Numbered from the stretch's first letter, positions 29,413 to 40,093 are shown. The stretch: 64,000 nucleotides of DNA from Pyrinomonadaceae bacterium (GCA_046313635.1 JBKBYA010000008.1:32001-96000), one strand, 5' to 3'. The notes: generated from the sequence alone by a model not told the origin. A program made the numbers and translations.

Positions 29413-30447
29413 ATGAAGACCATTTTTGTCACCGGCGGCGCCGGATTTATCGGCTCCGCCTTTGTACGGCTCGCCCTTGAGACGCAGCCGGGCCTCAGGA
29501 TCGTCAACTACGACGCGCTGACCTACGCCGGCAATCCCGAGAACCTTGCCGAGCTCGCCGGCGACGATCGTCACGAGTTTGTCCGCGGCGACATCTGCGA
29601 TGCCGAAGCGGTCGCCGCGGCCTTGCCCGACGGATGCGACGCGATCTTTAACTTCGCCGCGGAGTCGCACGTCGATCGCAGCATCCTCTCGGCCCACGAG
29701 TTTCTGCGGACGAATGTCGTCGGCACGCAGGTCCTGCTCGATGCCGCTCGGGCCCGGGGCGTCCGCCGGTTCGTACAGGTCTCGACCGACGAGGTGATGG
29801 GCAGCCTGCCGGACGACGACGAAGATTCGTTCTTTACCGAGGCGTCGCCGCTGCGGCCCAATTCGCCCTACGCCGCGTCAAAGGCCGCGGCCGAATTTAT
29901 GGTGCGCGCCGCGCGAGAGACCTTTGGCCTCGACACGGTCGTTACGCGCTGCGGCAACAACTACGGCCCGCGGCAGTTTCCCGAAAAGCTGATCCCGCTG
30001 ATGATCGCCAACGCGATGGCCGACGAGCCGCTGCCCGTCTACGGCGACGGCCGCAACGTCCGCGACTGGATCTATGTCGACGATCACTGCCGGGCGATCT
30101 GGCTCGCGTACGAGAAGGGCCGGCCCGGCGAAGCTTACAACATCGGCGCCCGAAACGAGCGGCGCAATATCGACGTCGTCACCGCCATCCTCGACGCGCT
30201 CGGCAAGCCGCATTCGCTGATCAAATTTGTCGAGGACCGTCTCGGCCACGATCGCCGCTACGCCATCGATCCCGCAAAGGCCGAGAGCGAGCTCGGCTGG
30301 AAGCCGGAGGTGGCGTGGGAAGACGGCCTGCGCACGACGATCGATTGGTACCGGGCAAATCAGTCCTGGGTCGACCACATCCGCAGCGGCGAGTACCGCA
30401 GCTACTATCGCGAGATGTACGGCAGCCGCCTCGGGCATAACGCCTGA
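29413..30447 (+). CDS. rfbB: dTDP-glucose 4,6-dehydratase
   Basis: TGGAGFIGS, LTYAGN, AAESHVDRSI, STDEV, PYAASK and DRLGHDRRY. Confidence 0.95.
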   Translation: MKTIFVTGGAGFIGSAFVRLALETQPGLRIVNYDALTYAGNPENLAELAGDDRHEFVRGDICDAEAVAAALPDGCDAIFNFAAESHVDRSILSAHEFLRTNVVGTQVLLDAARARGVRRFVQVSTDEVMGSLPDDDEDSFFTEASPLRPNSPYAASKAAAEFMVRAARETFGLDTVVTRCGNNYGPRQFPEKLIPLMIANAMADEPLPVYGDGRNVRDWIYVDDHCRAIWLAYEKGRPGEAYNIGARNERRNIDVVTAILDALGKPHSLIKFVEDRLGHDRRYAIDPAKAESELGWKPEVAWEDGLRTTIDWYRANQSWVDHIRSGEYRSYYREMYGSRLGHNA

Positions 30448-30477
30448 TATCGCCCGACGACCGGAACGCAAAGCAAA

Positions 30478-31323
30478 ATGAAGATACTCATCACCGGGGC
30501 AAACGGTATGGTCGCGCGTGCTGCGGCCGAGCATTGCCGCTCGATCGGCGACGATGTCGTTGCGCTCTCGCGGCAGCAGATGGACATCGCGCATCGCCCG
30601 AGCGTCGAAAGCACGATCGCTGACGTCGCCCCTGACGCCGTCATCAACTGCGCCGCCTATACCAATGTCGACGGCGCCGAAGCCGACGAGCAGGCCGCGT
30701 ACGACGCGAACGCGGCCGGCGTCGAAAACCTCGCCGCCGCGTGCCGCATCGTCGGCTCGCGATTTGTCACGATCTCGACCGACTACGTTTTTGACGGCTC
30801 CAAAGACGGCTTTTACACCCAGCGCGACACGCCCGCCCCGCAGGGCGTCTATGCCAGGACCAAACGGCGCGGCGAGATACTCGCGCTCAGCACCTACGCC
30901 CGCTCGATCGTCGTGCGCTCGGGCTGGATCTACGGCGACGGCGGGACAAATTTTTTGAGCGTCATCCCGCGGCTGCTCGCTGAGGGCAAGACGATCAAGG
31001 CGATCGGCGATTCATTCGGCACGCCGACCTACGCCGGCGACCTCGCGCGACGGCTGCGCGAGCTGGCCGAGCTCGACCTGCCATGCATCTTTCACGTAAC
31101 GAACTCGGGCGAAGGAACGAGCTACTACGGATTTGCCGAGAAGGTCTGCGACCTCGGAGGCTTTGATAGGTCGCTCCTCGAGCGCGTGTCAAAAGACGAT
31201 CTCAACCGCCCCGCCCCGAGACCCGCAAACTCAAAGCTCGCCTGCCTTTTCACCCCCCGCCTAGGCCTCGCCCCAATGCCGCCGTGGGACGAGGCCCTGG
31301 AGAGTTTCATGCGTCCCCGGTAG
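30478..31323 (+). CDS. rfbD: dTDP-4-dehydrorhamnose reductase
   Basis: TGANGMV, NCAAYTNVDGAE, ISTDYVFDG, YARTK and APRPANS. Confidence 0.94.
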   Translation: MKILITGANGMVARAAAEHCRSIGDDVVALSRQQMDIAHRPSVESTIADVAPDAVINCAAYTNVDGAEADEQAAYDANAAGVENLAAACRIVGSRFVTISTDYVFDGSKDGFYTQRDTPAPQGVYARTKRRGEILALSTYARSIVVRSGWIYGDGGTNFLSVIPRLLAEGKTIKAIGDSFGTPTYAGDLARRLRELAELDLPCIFHVTNSGEGTSYYGFAEKVCDLGGFDRSLLERVSKDDLNRPAPRPANSKLACLFTPRLGLAPMPPWDEALESFMRPR

Positions 31324-31345
31324 CTTCTCATCGTCAAATGTCTTG

Positions 31346-31354
31346 TGCTAGACT
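31346..31354 (+). promoter_or_regulatory. Candidate extended -10 promoter of the cas operon
   Basis: TG-C-TAGACT, about 100 nt upstream of the cas3 ATG. Confidence 0.45.
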
Positions 31355-31454
31355 CGCGGCACGCAGCTTTTCCGCAATGATCGGTTAGGGTTCCCTTATC
31401 TTGCCCACACCGATCTTTCTACACGATCCTTTGTCGAAGAGAAGATCGGGCTTG

Positions 31455-34442
31455 ATGGACGACATTCTCCTACGCTTTTGGGCAAAAACGTCGCACGACC
31501 CCGACAAGGCTCCAAACGCCTACCATCCGCTCATATGCCACATGATCGACGTCGCCTGCGTTGCTGCGGCGATGTGGGACGCCGTGCTCCCGGATGTGAC
31601 AAAACGACGACTGGCTAAGCCGTTCGGCCTCGATTGCGAGTCGGCAAATTGCACCCACAAAGATGAATACTGCCGACTCACAAGAGCAGGCCGCGTCATC
31701 GCATTCCTCGCCGGCCTCCACGACCTCGGCAAATGCTCACCGCCTTTTGCCTTGCGGGGGAGATATAAGTCGGATGGTAGTCAGACCCAACGGCTCTGTG
31801 CTCTTTACGCAGGGACGGACTGCGACTGCGACTGCTTTGAATCCGCCAGAAATGTGCCCCACGGTTTCGTAACGGCCCTGACGCTGCCCGAGATACTTCA
31901 CGATCGCTTCGGAGTTCAGTTTTCCTTTGCCAAACAACTTTCCGAAATTATTGGCGGCCATCACGGTATCTTCGCTACCGTCAGTGATCTTTCGCGGATC
32001 GGGGATTACCCCAGATCAGCATCTATCGGCGGCCCAACTTGGGACCGCTCGCGAAAGAAGCTCGTCGATGTCCTGAGTGATCTGCTTGGAGTGCGCCTCA
32101 ATGGCCGTGTCCTCTCACCCAATGCTCTTGATAAATCTGCGGCAATGATACTCGCTGGATTTGTGTCGGTGGCGGATTGGATCGGATCGAATACAGATCA
32201 TTTCCGATGTGGAGTGGACGATTTCACCGCCCCGATTGATCTTGATCTGGCAGAATATCTCGAAAGGTCGAGACAGTTTGCGGATCAAGCGATCAATGAT
32301 CTCGGCTGGAACAGTTGGCCTAAAAATACGGCGGTCAAAGAATTTGATGAACTTTTCGATTTCGGCAACCGCAAACGTGACCTTCAAAATAAGGCGATCG
32401 AGATCGCCCGTACGGTAACCGGACCCGGCATCTTTATCGTCGAGGCCCTGATGGGCGAGGGAAAGACCGAAACGGCAATGTACCTTGCCGATCACTTCAA
32501 TGCGACTCTAGGGACACGGGGCATCTACTTTGCACTGCCAACGCAGGCAACGAGCGACCAGATGTTCGGTCGCATTTCGGCCTTTCTGAAGAATCGTTTC
32601 GAAGAAACAGGTGAGTTTGTGAACCTGATACTTCAACACGGACACTCGTCACTCAACGATGAGTTCTCGGAGAATGTAAAGAATTTTCAGCGCATTCGGA
32701 ATGTTTACGCCGACAACGAAGAGATATATCAAAAACACTCGAACGTCGGAGCAGCCGAATGGTTCACCTACCGGCGGCGCGGCCTGCTTGCTCCGTTCGG
32801 GGTTGGCACCATTGACCAAATTTTGCTCGCGGCACTGCAAACAAAACATGTTTTCGTTCGTCTGTTCGGCCTTGCGCACAAGACCGTGGTCATCGATGAG
32901 GTCCATGCTTATGACGCATATATGTCAACGCTGCTTGAACGTCTGCTTGAGTGGCTCGGCTCGCTCGGGTCGCCTGTCGTGATCCTCAGCGCAACGCTGC
33001 CGAAACATCGCCGAACGGAATTGCTCAAAGCCTACTTAAAAGGCGCGGGGCAAGAATTCCGAACAGGGGATGTGCCTATCGCGGTCGGTGACGAAGATGT
33101 TTATCCGCGTATTTCCTACGCTTTCGCCGGGATGCCGGAAAAGGAATTTCGGATAAGGAGGCTGGCGACCTCGGTGGAGAATACGAGACGCCTCGGGCTC
33201 GAGTTTCGAGACGACGATAAATTCGTCGCGGAGTTAAAGGAGAAGCTATCCGGCGGGGGCTGTGCGGCTATCATCTGCAACACCGTTCGCCGTGCACAGA
33301 AATTTTACGATCTGCTCAAAGGAGACGCTTTTTTCTCCGGAAATGCCGACGACGGCGAGCCGAAGCTCGATCTCCTGCACTCCGGCTTTCGCTTAAAAGA
33401 TCGTCAGCTTCGCGAAAAGCGCGCGCTGCTGCGGTTCGGCAAAGAAGGCTCGAGTGTGCCATTCACCGAAGGCGACAGCAAAGTGGATCTAAAAGTCCGT
33501 CGCCCGGACCTGGCGGTGCTGATCTCGACACAGATCATCGAGCAATCGCTCGATCTGGATTTCGACATAATGGTCAGCGACCTTGCTCCGGCCGACCTTT
33601 TGCTCCAGCGCGCGGGGCGGCTGCAGCGACACCGACGCGATAACCGGCCGGCTGCTTTTGTAGATCCCGGCACCGGCAAACCCGCCGCGAGACTATGGGT
33701 CCTTCGACCGCCGCTGGACGGGAACGGCGAGATTAGACGCTCGGAGACGAACTGCAGGCCCGAGCTCGGTGACAGCGGGCTGATCTACGATCACCATGTA
33801 CTGCTGCGTTCATGGTTCGCGCTTCGCACGCGCTACGAGATCAACCTGCCGAGTGAGGTTGAGGAGGTTATAGAGAAGATCTACGGCGACGGCGTCCCGG
33901 CTCCGGACGCCGATATTTCAGAGTACGATGCCGAACTGCTTCGGGCGACAAGGGACAAATACTTGAGCGATCTGGAGAACGAAAAGCAGATCGCCCGGAC
34001 ACGATACATAAATCATCCGCGCTGGAACGGCAGACTGGGCGAGCTGCTCCTGAGGCCGAAGGAAGAGGATTCGCCTGAACTTCATCCCGACAGTCAGGCG
34101 ATGACGAGGCTGGTGGAGCCGACCGTAAAGGTCGCTTGCCTTTGGGAAAATGACGGTCGGCTCTACACCGACGAGACGTATTCGCAGCCAATTGACTTAA
34201 CGAACGCGCTGAGCCGTTCCCTGCAGAAAGAGGTCATCCTGAATTCGGTGAATGTCTCAAATCGCTCGGTTGTTTTTAAGCTTTTCGATCTGCCGATTCC
34301 CGACGCGTTCCAGCTTTCACCGCTGCTTCGCCGTCATCGTTATCTGGTCTTCGGTGATGACTGTAAAGCTGAGACAGCGGGGCACGTTTTCGAACTTCAT
34401 CCTGAAAAGGGATTGCTAATCCGCAAAAAGGAGGAATTATAA
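31455..34442 (+). CDS. cas3: CRISPR-associated HD nuclease-helicase Cas3
   Basis: FWAK, HPLICH, LHDLGK, GHHG, ADW, MGEGKT, DEVH, SAT, TQIIEQSLDLDFD and QRAGRLQRH. Confidence 0.96.
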   Translation: MDDILLRFWAKTSHDPDKAPNAYHPLICHMIDVACVAAAMWDAVLPDVTKRRLAKPFGLDCESANCTHKDEYCRLTRAGRVIAFLAGLHDLGKCSPPFALRGRYKSDGSQTQRLCALYAGTDCDCDCFESARNVPHGFVTALTLPEILHDRFGVQFSFAKQLSEIIGGHHGIFATVSDLSRIGDYPRSASIGGPTWDRSRKKLVDVLSDLLGVRLNGRVLSPNALDKSAAMILAGFVSVADWIGSNTDHFRCGVDDFTAPIDLDLAEYLERSRQFADQAINDLGWNSWPKNTAVKEFDELFDFGNRKRDLQNKAIEIARTVTGPGIFIVEALMGEGKTETAMYLADHFNATLGTRGIYFALPTQATSDQMFGRISAFLKNRFEETGEFVNLILQHGHSSLNDEFSENVKNFQRIRNVYADNEEIYQKHSNVGAAEWFTYRRRGLLAPFGVGTIDQILLAALQTKHVFVRLFGLAHKTVVIDEVHAYDAYMSTLLERLLEWLGSLGSPVVILSATLPKHRRTELLKAYLKGAGQEFRTGDVPIAVGDEDVYPRISYAFAGMPEKEFRIRRLATSVENTRRLGLEFRDDDKFVAELKEKLSGGGCAAIICNTVRRAQKFYDLLKGDAFFSGNADDGEPKLDLLHSGFRLKDRQLREKRALLRFGKEGSSVPFTEGDSKVDLKVRRPDLAVLISTQIIEQSLDLDFDIMVSDLAPADLLLQRAGRLQRHRRDNRPAAFVDPGTGKPAARLWVLRPPLDGNGEIRRSETNCRPELGDSGLIYDHHVLLRSWFALRTRYEINLPSEVEEVIEKIYGDGVPAPDADISEYDAELLRATRDKYLSDLENEKQIARTRYINHPRWNGRLGELLLRPKEEDSPELHPDSQAMTRLVEPTVKVACLWENDGRLYTDETYSQPIDLTNALSRSLQKEVILNSVNVSNRSVVFKLFDLPIPDAFQLSPLLRRHRYLVFGDDCKAETAGHVFELHPEKGLLIRKKEEL

Positions 34443-35975
34443 ATGGCAAGCTTCGATCTAAGGAGCGAGTCCTGGCTACCGTGTTTGACAGACGAGGGGC
34501 CGAGCGAAAGGTCGCTCCTCGAAGTTCTGACGAGATCACACAACATACGCGAACTGGTCGGCGATTCGCCGCCGATCACGATCGCACTTCACCGGCTGCT
34601 CATCGCAATACTGCACCGAATTCTCAGAGGGCCGAAGAATACAGACGAGTGGAACGAGCTTTATGCACGAGGCAGCTTCGACGCGGAGCAGATCAAAGAG
34701 TACTTCGACCGGTTTGCGGATCGATTTGATCTCTTCCACGAAAAGTACCCGTTCTATCAGGCGGCGTCGGCTCGTGAGCATCTGCAGGACGGGGCGGCGA
34801 TCCAGCTCTATTTTCAGGGCAAGAACAACGCGACTCTCTTTGAGCACACATCGACAACGGCGCCTAAGTCGATCTCTCCCGCCGAGGCCGCGCGGCTGAT
34901 CGTCGCCTTTCAGGGATTTGATTTTGGAGGCATCAAGGCTGACGGGTCAGCTCAGACCGCGCCGCTCCTGCAGAGTGCGGTCGCGCTGGTACGCGGTAAG
35001 AACCTGTTTGAGACATTGATGCTTAATCTTCATCGTTACGACGGAGAGAACGCGTCCCCGTTTGTATTTGATGAAGGGGAGGACCTGCCCGCGTGGGAGC
35101 GCGAGGAAGAGACGCATAGCGCCGTCCGCTGGCCCGCCGGCCCTGTCGATCTGCTCACCTGGCAGCCGCGGCGTCTTGCTATCGAAGCAAGCGAAGACAA
35201 AGACGGAAGCCCGGTGATCAGGAATGCCGTGGTAATGCTCGGATATTCGTTCCCCAAGGACGTCGCGCTTCACGCAAAGGAAACAATGATGGCCTTTCGC
35301 AAGAACAAGGACGGCCAGATGTTCTCGATCGGCTTTAGTGAAAATCGTGCGTTGTGGCGTAACAGCGAGTCGCTGATCAAGGCGACGACGGCCGACCATG
35401 CGCGGCCTCGCTCGCTCGATTGGGTGAACGAGCTCCGGCTGGACGGTTACATCGGTAAACAGAAACTGCCTATCGATGTTTACGGCCTCGCCGCCGACAA
35501 AGCAAAGCTGCTTTTTTGGAATCATGAGAGGTTTGATCTGCCGCTGGCTTTCTTGAGCGACGTCGACCTCACGGCGAATCTGGGCAGGTGTCTCGCATTC
35601 GCCGAAGAGGTCGGCTCGGCGGTGCGCGCGAGTATGAAGGCTCTAGCTGACGAGCTGGAAACCGAGCGCGAAACGTTTTTCGCAGAGGGAAATTTCTGGT
35701 CGCAACTGGAATCGCGTTTTCACGCGTTACTCGACCGGCTGCCATCCGACCGCGAAGCTGAGATGCGCGCCTGGTTCGCCGACACGCTGAGGACGGCGAG
35801 CGGCGCGTTCCGCGAAACCGTAAACAGCCTCAGCGGGACCGCCGCCGAGGTCGAGGCCGCGGTGAAGGCCGAAAACATGCTGTGGGGCGTGATCAGCAAA
35901 GCTATCAAAGCTAACGCAACTTCGTGGGCGGTCTACTTGCCCGAAAAGTTTGCGGCAAAAGGAGGACAAAAATGA
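34443..35975 (+). CDS. cas8e: Type I-E large subunit Cas8e/Cse1
   Basis: FDLRSESWLP, FDLFHEKYPFYQ, GKNLFETLMLNL, LTWQPRR and RALWR. Position after cas3. Confidence 0.92.
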   Translation: MASFDLRSESWLPCLTDEGPSERSLLEVLTRSHNIRELVGDSPPITIALHRLLIAILHRILRGPKNTDEWNELYARGSFDAEQIKEYFDRFADRFDLFHEKYPFYQAASAREHLQDGAAIQLYFQGKNNATLFEHTSTTAPKSISPAEAARLIVAFQGFDFGGIKADGSAQTAPLLQSAVALVRGKNLFETLMLNLHRYDGENASPFVFDEGEDLPAWEREEETHSAVRWPAGPVDLLTWQPRRLAIEASEDKDGSPVIRNAVVMLGYSFPKDVALHAKETMMAFRKNKDGQMFSIGFSENRALWRNSESLIKATTADHARPRSLDWVNELRLDGYIGKQKLPIDVYGLAADKAKLLFWNHERFDLPLAFLSDVDLTANLGRCLAFAEEVGSAVRASMKALADELETERETFFAEGNFWSQLESRFHALLDRLPSDREAEMRAWFADTLRTASGAFRETVNSLSGTAAEVEAAVKAENMLWGVISKAIKANATSWAVYLPEKFAAKGGQK

Positions 35976-36520
35976 ACAAACAAATTTCGGCGGCCGAGGG
36001 GCCGGAGGATGCCGCGCTTGTCGGCTATCTGAAGACGCTGGCCGCAAGACAGGACCGTGCGGCATTGGCACACCTCCGGCGCGGTCTCGGCCGACGCCCG
36101 GGCGAGGCGGTGGAGATGTATCCGTATGTCGGCAGGTTTATCAATGAAAAGACGAACGACTCGCATGACCGGGCCGTTTTCCTAACCTCTGCGTTGTTTG
36201 CCGCCTACCCGGAAGCGCCCCAGAACACCGGCGATCTGGGACGTTCCGTCAGGCAGCTAGCCGACAAAGCCGGAAGCGACAGCATCGAGCGCCGCTTTGT
36301 CGCCTTGCTCGATGCCGATACGGACGTTCTTCACTACTACCTTCGCCAGATGGTCGGGCTGCTAAAGGCACACGGGATAGCAGTGAACTGGAACCGACTT
36401 TTCGAGGACATTCGCGACTGGGATCGTTCCGGCCGCGTCGTCCAGCGACGATGGGCACGCTCCTTTTGGGGAAGTGCCGAGACCAACAACACTACAGACA
36501 CCCACGAGGGAGGAGAATAG
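35972..36520 (+). CDS. cse2: Type I-E small subunit Cse2/Cas11
   Basis: ALAHLRRGLG, SIERRFVALL and VQRRWARSFW. ATGA overlap with cas8e. Confidence 0.92.
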   Translation: MNKQISAAEGPEDAALVGYLKTLAARQDRAALAHLRRGLGRRPGEAVEMYPYVGRFINEKTNDSHDRAVFLTSALFAAYPEAPQNTGDLGRSVRQLADKAGSDSIERRFVALLDADTDVLHYYLRQMVGLLKAHGIAVNWNRLFEDIRDWDRSGRVVQRRWARSFWGSAETNNTTDTHEGGE

Positions 36521-36525
36521 CGAAA

Positions 36526-37650
36526 ATGATCCTGGAGCTTCATATGATCCAAAACTTTGCACCTTCAAATCTTAACCGCAGCGACACGGGCTCGCCGAAG
36601 GACTGCACCTTTGGCGGCGTCCGTCGTGCCCGGATATCAAGCCAGTGCTTCAAACGCGCGATGAGGACGTACTTCCGCGACAAGTTCGAGCGGCCTGAAA
36701 ATCTGGCCGAGCGTTCGACACGGTTGATGGACAGCATCGCAAAAAGACTCGTCGAAAACGGCCGCGACCCGGAGCAGTCGCGAAAAGCAGCCCTCGGAGC
36801 GGTCACATGCGTCGGACTGAAGGCTTCCAAGAAAGACCCCGGAAAGACAGAGTATCTTCTCTTCATGGGCCGCGACGAGATCGATCGGATCGTCAACGTG
36901 TGCAATGAACATTTCGACGATCTGGCGACCGACAAGATCCCGTCGGCGACCGCGAACGCGGTGGCAAAAAGGCTCATGGACGTGATGAAGGAAGGCAAGG
37001 CCGCCGATCTCGGGCTATTCGGCCGTATGTTGGCCGACCTGCCTGAGCGCAATCGCGACGCCGCCTCGCAGGTCGCCCACGCCATTTCCACTCACAAGGT
37101 CGGGCTGGAATTTGATTTCTTCACCGCGGTCGATGACTTGCGGCCCGAAGATACCGCCGGGAGCGATCACCTCGGAACGGTCGAGTTCAATTCGGCGTGC
37201 TTTTACCGTTACGCGAACGTGAACGTCGACAAGCTGCGCGAGAATCTGCAGAACGACGAGGAGTTAACAAAGGCCACGGTCGCGGCATACATCAGGGCCG
37301 CGGTCGAAGCCCTGCCGACCGGCAAGCAAAACTCTTTCGCGACCCACGAGAAGCCGTCGCTTGTGTACGCCGTTGTACGCGATGCAGGGATGATGTCGCT
37401 GGCGAATGCGTTCGAGAAGCCGGTCTTCGATCCTAAAGGCGGTTTGGTCGACGAATCGATCCGGCGGCTTGCTGACCACTACCGCCAAGTTACCGCCGTC
37501 TACGGCAATGGCGGAGCGACCTCTCGTGTCTTTGTTACGACCACCGTCGGCGGCGCCGACGCTGCGACCGCTCTCGGCGATAATGCGGGCAGCTTCGATG
37601 CCCTGGTCGCTCGCACGATGTCGGCCATCTTCGGCGGCGGGGAGGCGTGA
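36526..37650 (+). CDS. cas7: Type I-E backbone Cas7/Cse4
   Basis: PSNLNRSDTGSPK, RISSQCFKR, LFGRMLA, DFFTAVDD and PTGKQNSFA. Confidence 0.95.
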   Translation: MILELHMIQNFAPSNLNRSDTGSPKDCTFGGVRRARISSQCFKRAMRTYFRDKFERPENLAERSTRLMDSIAKRLVENGRDPEQSRKAALGAVTCVGLKASKKDPGKTEYLLFMGRDEIDRIVNVCNEHFDDLATDKIPSATANAVAKRLMDVMKEGKAADLGLFGRMLADLPERNRDAASQVAHAISTHKVGLEFDFFTAVDDLRPEDTAGSDHLGTVEFNSACFYRYANVNVDKLRENLQNDEELTKATVAAYIRAAVEALPTGKQNSFATHEKPSLVYAVVRDAGMMSLANAFEKPVFDPKGGLVDESIRRLADHYRQVTAVYGNGGATSRVFVTTTVGGADAATALGDNAGSFDALVARTMSAIFGGGEA

Positions 37651-37654
37651 TGAT

Positions 37655-38380
37655 ATGTCCCACATACTCTTTATGCGTCTGGCTGGCCCAATGCAGTCCT
37701 GGGGCGTGATGTCGCGGTTCTCGCGCCGCGACACCGGCAAGGAGCCGTCGAAGTCCGGCGTCGTCGGTCTGATCTGTTCGGCCATGGGAATACCGCGCAA
37801 TGACGACCGGCATCCCGATTTCATCAAGCTGTCCAATGCTCGGCTTGGGATTCGGGTACTCAGAGGCGGCACACTGCAGAGCGATTATCACACCGCGCAG
37901 GACATTGCCATCGCGAATGCGGAAAGGAGAAAGGACGGTACATACAAAACGAAAGACACTGAACTTTCGACCCGCTTTTATCTCTCGGACGCCGATTTTA
38001 TCGCCGCTCTCGAGTCAGACGACCGCGACCTGCTCGAACGCGTCCATGAAGCGCTGAAAAAACCGGTCTGGCAGCTTTTCCTTGGCCGCAAGGCGTTCGT
38101 GCCGCATTTGCCGGTCAATGTCCCGGACGGGTTCGCGATCATCGACGGCGTCGATCTTGAGGCCGCGCTCAGCGACGACGCGATCATCGATCGACTTTGC
38201 CCGACGATGCCTTATCGAAGGTTTGATCATGTTCAGCGGCTGATCCTGGAGGACGATGAGGGTTCGGAGATACGCCAGGATGTTCCGCTTTCGTTTGGGA
38301 GACGGCGATTCACCATCCGCCGCGTGCGAACGACGTTTGTCAAAAATACAGGAGGCGAAGGTGATGGAACTTTATCTTAG
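37655..38380 (+). CDS. cas5: Type I-E Cas5e
   Basis: LAGPMQSWG, PSKSGVVGL, DYHT, RFYLSDADF and LFLGRK. Confidence 0.95.
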   Translation: MSHILFMRLAGPMQSWGVMSRFSRRDTGKEPSKSGVVGLICSAMGIPRNDDRHPDFIKLSNARLGIRVLRGGTLQSDYHTAQDIAIANAERRKDGTYKTKDTELSTRFYLSDADFIAALESDDRDLLERVHEALKKPVWQLFLGRKAFVPHLPVNVPDGFAIIDGVDLEAALSDDAIIDRLCPTMPYRRFDHVQRLILEDDEGSEIRQDVPLSFGRRRFTIRRVRTTFVKNTGGEGDGTLS

Positions 38381-39143
38381 CCGCATAATTCTGAATCCAT
38401 TATCAAAGGCGGTGATGCACGATCTCGGCAGCGCGCGCCAGCTGCATAAGACCATCTCAACGTGTTTCCCTGGCATCGACGGCCAGGCCGACAGGCCCCC
38501 GCATGAGAAACGCACACCGAGGAATGTGTACAAGCTGCTCCACCGCGTCGATCGCAAAGGTGGATCCACCGTGCTTTACGTCCAGTCGGCCACGCGGCCG
38601 GATTGGAATCGCCTTCCGTCGGGATACGCCAGCCAGGCGGACTCAAAGCCGGTGCACGAGCTGTACGCCCGCATCGCCGATGGAGACCATTTGCAGTTTC
38701 GGCTCACCGCAAACCCGACGAAACGAATTGGCAAGAATCTCCGCGACGACGCCCGCTATCAGCGACTCGACCAGAGCGAACAGGATGAATTCGTCCGAAA
38801 GTTTCGTGATGATAAGCGGCGGCGGCGAGTGGCGATCTATAACGAAGCAGAGCGGATGTCGTGGCTCAGTCGAAAAGGCGAGGCAGCGGGGTTTCGCCTC
38901 GCAAGCGTGAGGGTCAACGATAACGTGTCGAATGTGACGATTGTCGAAACGTCGAAGGTAAGGGTCTGGCGCGGGCGTGGCGACGACCCGATGACTTTTG
39001 GCTCGGTCACCTTCGAGGGCGTACTCGAGGTCACCGATGCTGACAGGTTCCGCGAGGCGCTTGTCAAAGGCATCGGTACGGGCAAGGCATACGGGTTTGG
39101 GCTGCTCTCGATCGCGCCGGTGAGGGCGGCGTCGGCAGGATGA
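38364..39143 (+). CDS. cas6e: Type I-E Cas6e/Cse3 crRNA endoribonuclease
   Basis: YLSRI, FRLTANPTK and the Gly-rich loop GIGTGKAYGFGLL. Confidence 0.95.
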   Translation: MELYLSRIILNPLSKAVMHDLGSARQLHKTISTCFPGIDGQADRPPHEKRTPRNVYKLLHRVDRKGGSTVLYVQSATRPDWNRLPSGYASQADSKPVHELYARIADGDHLQFRLTANPTKRIGKNLRDDARYQRLDQSEQDEFVRKFRDDKRRRRVAIYNEAERMSWLSRKGEAAGFRLASVRVNDNVSNVTIVETSKVRVWRGRGDDPMTFGSVTFEGVLEVTDADRFREALVKGIGTGKAYGFGLLSIAPVRAASAG

Positions 39144-40093
39144 AGTTAAAAGACCTGACAACGCTGCCGAAGGTGCGCGACAGCGTCAGTTATCTCTACG
39201 TCGAGCACTGCCGGGTCGAGCAGGACGCAAAGGCGATCGCGTTCTTCGACGAGGAAGGAAAGACCGCCGTTCCGTGCGCAAACATTACGACGCTGATGCT
39301 CGGGCCCGGAACGTCCATCACGCATGCTGCGATCAAGACGCTTGCCGACAACGGCTGTCTGGTCCTGTGGTCGGGCGAGGGAGCGGTCCGGTTCTATTCG
39401 CAGGGGATGGGCGAGACGCGCTCGGCGCGGCACCTGCTTCGCCAGGCGTGGCTGTGTTCGGTCCCGAGCCTGCGGCTTCGCGTGGTGCGGCGAATGTACG
39501 AGATGCGATTCGCCGCTCCGCTGCCTGAGGATATGACCCTGCAGCAGATCCGCGGGCGTGAGGGCGTTCGCGTTCGGACCGCTTACTCGCAGGCAAGTGC
39601 TCGGACGGGTGTGGAATGGACCGGTCGGCAGTACAACCGCGCTCAATGGAGCGACTCGTCGCCCATTAATCGTGCGCTGTCGAGTGCCAACAGCTGCCTC
39701 TACGGCGTCTGTCACGCGGCCATCGTCTCGGCCGGGTATTCGCCGGCACTCGGCTTTATCCATACCGGCAAGATGCTGTCATTCGTGTACGACATCGCCG
39801 ATCTGTACAAGGCCGAGATCACGATCCCGCTTGCGTTTGAGATGGTCGCAGAGTCCGAGCTCGATCTCGAAAGCCGGATCCGGCACGCCCTTCGCGATCG
39901 GTTTTATGAGGAGCGGCTTTTGCAGCGGATCGTTCCCGATCTCGAAAAAGCTCTCGACGTAAAGACCGACGACGCCGAGCTCGCCTTTGATCTCGATGAG
40001 GCGGCCCCGGGCGACCTGTGGGACGGCGACGGGAGCTCGAGTGTGCCGGGGGGCGTCAATTGGGCCGACACGGGCCGAGAGGAGGTAGAGTAA
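39140..40093 (+). CDS. cas1: Type I-E Cas1
   Basis: LMLGPGTSITHAA, RGREGVRVR, LGFIHTG and FVYDIADLYK. Confidence 0.97.
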   Translation: MKLKDLTTLPKVRDSVSYLYVEHCRVEQDAKAIAFFDEEGKTAVPCANITTLMLGPGTSITHAAIKTLADNGCLVLWSGEGAVRFYSQGMGETRSARHLLRQAWLCSVPSLRLRVVRRMYEMRFAAPLPEDMTLQQIRGREGVRVRTAYSQASARTGVEWTGRQYNRAQWSDSSPINRALSSANSCLYGVCHAAIVSAGYSPALGFIHTGKMLSFVYDIADLYKAEITIPLAFEMVAESELDLESRIRHALRDRFYEERLLQRIVPDLEKALDVKTDDAELAFDLDEAAPGDLWDGDGSSSVPGGVNWADTGREEVE

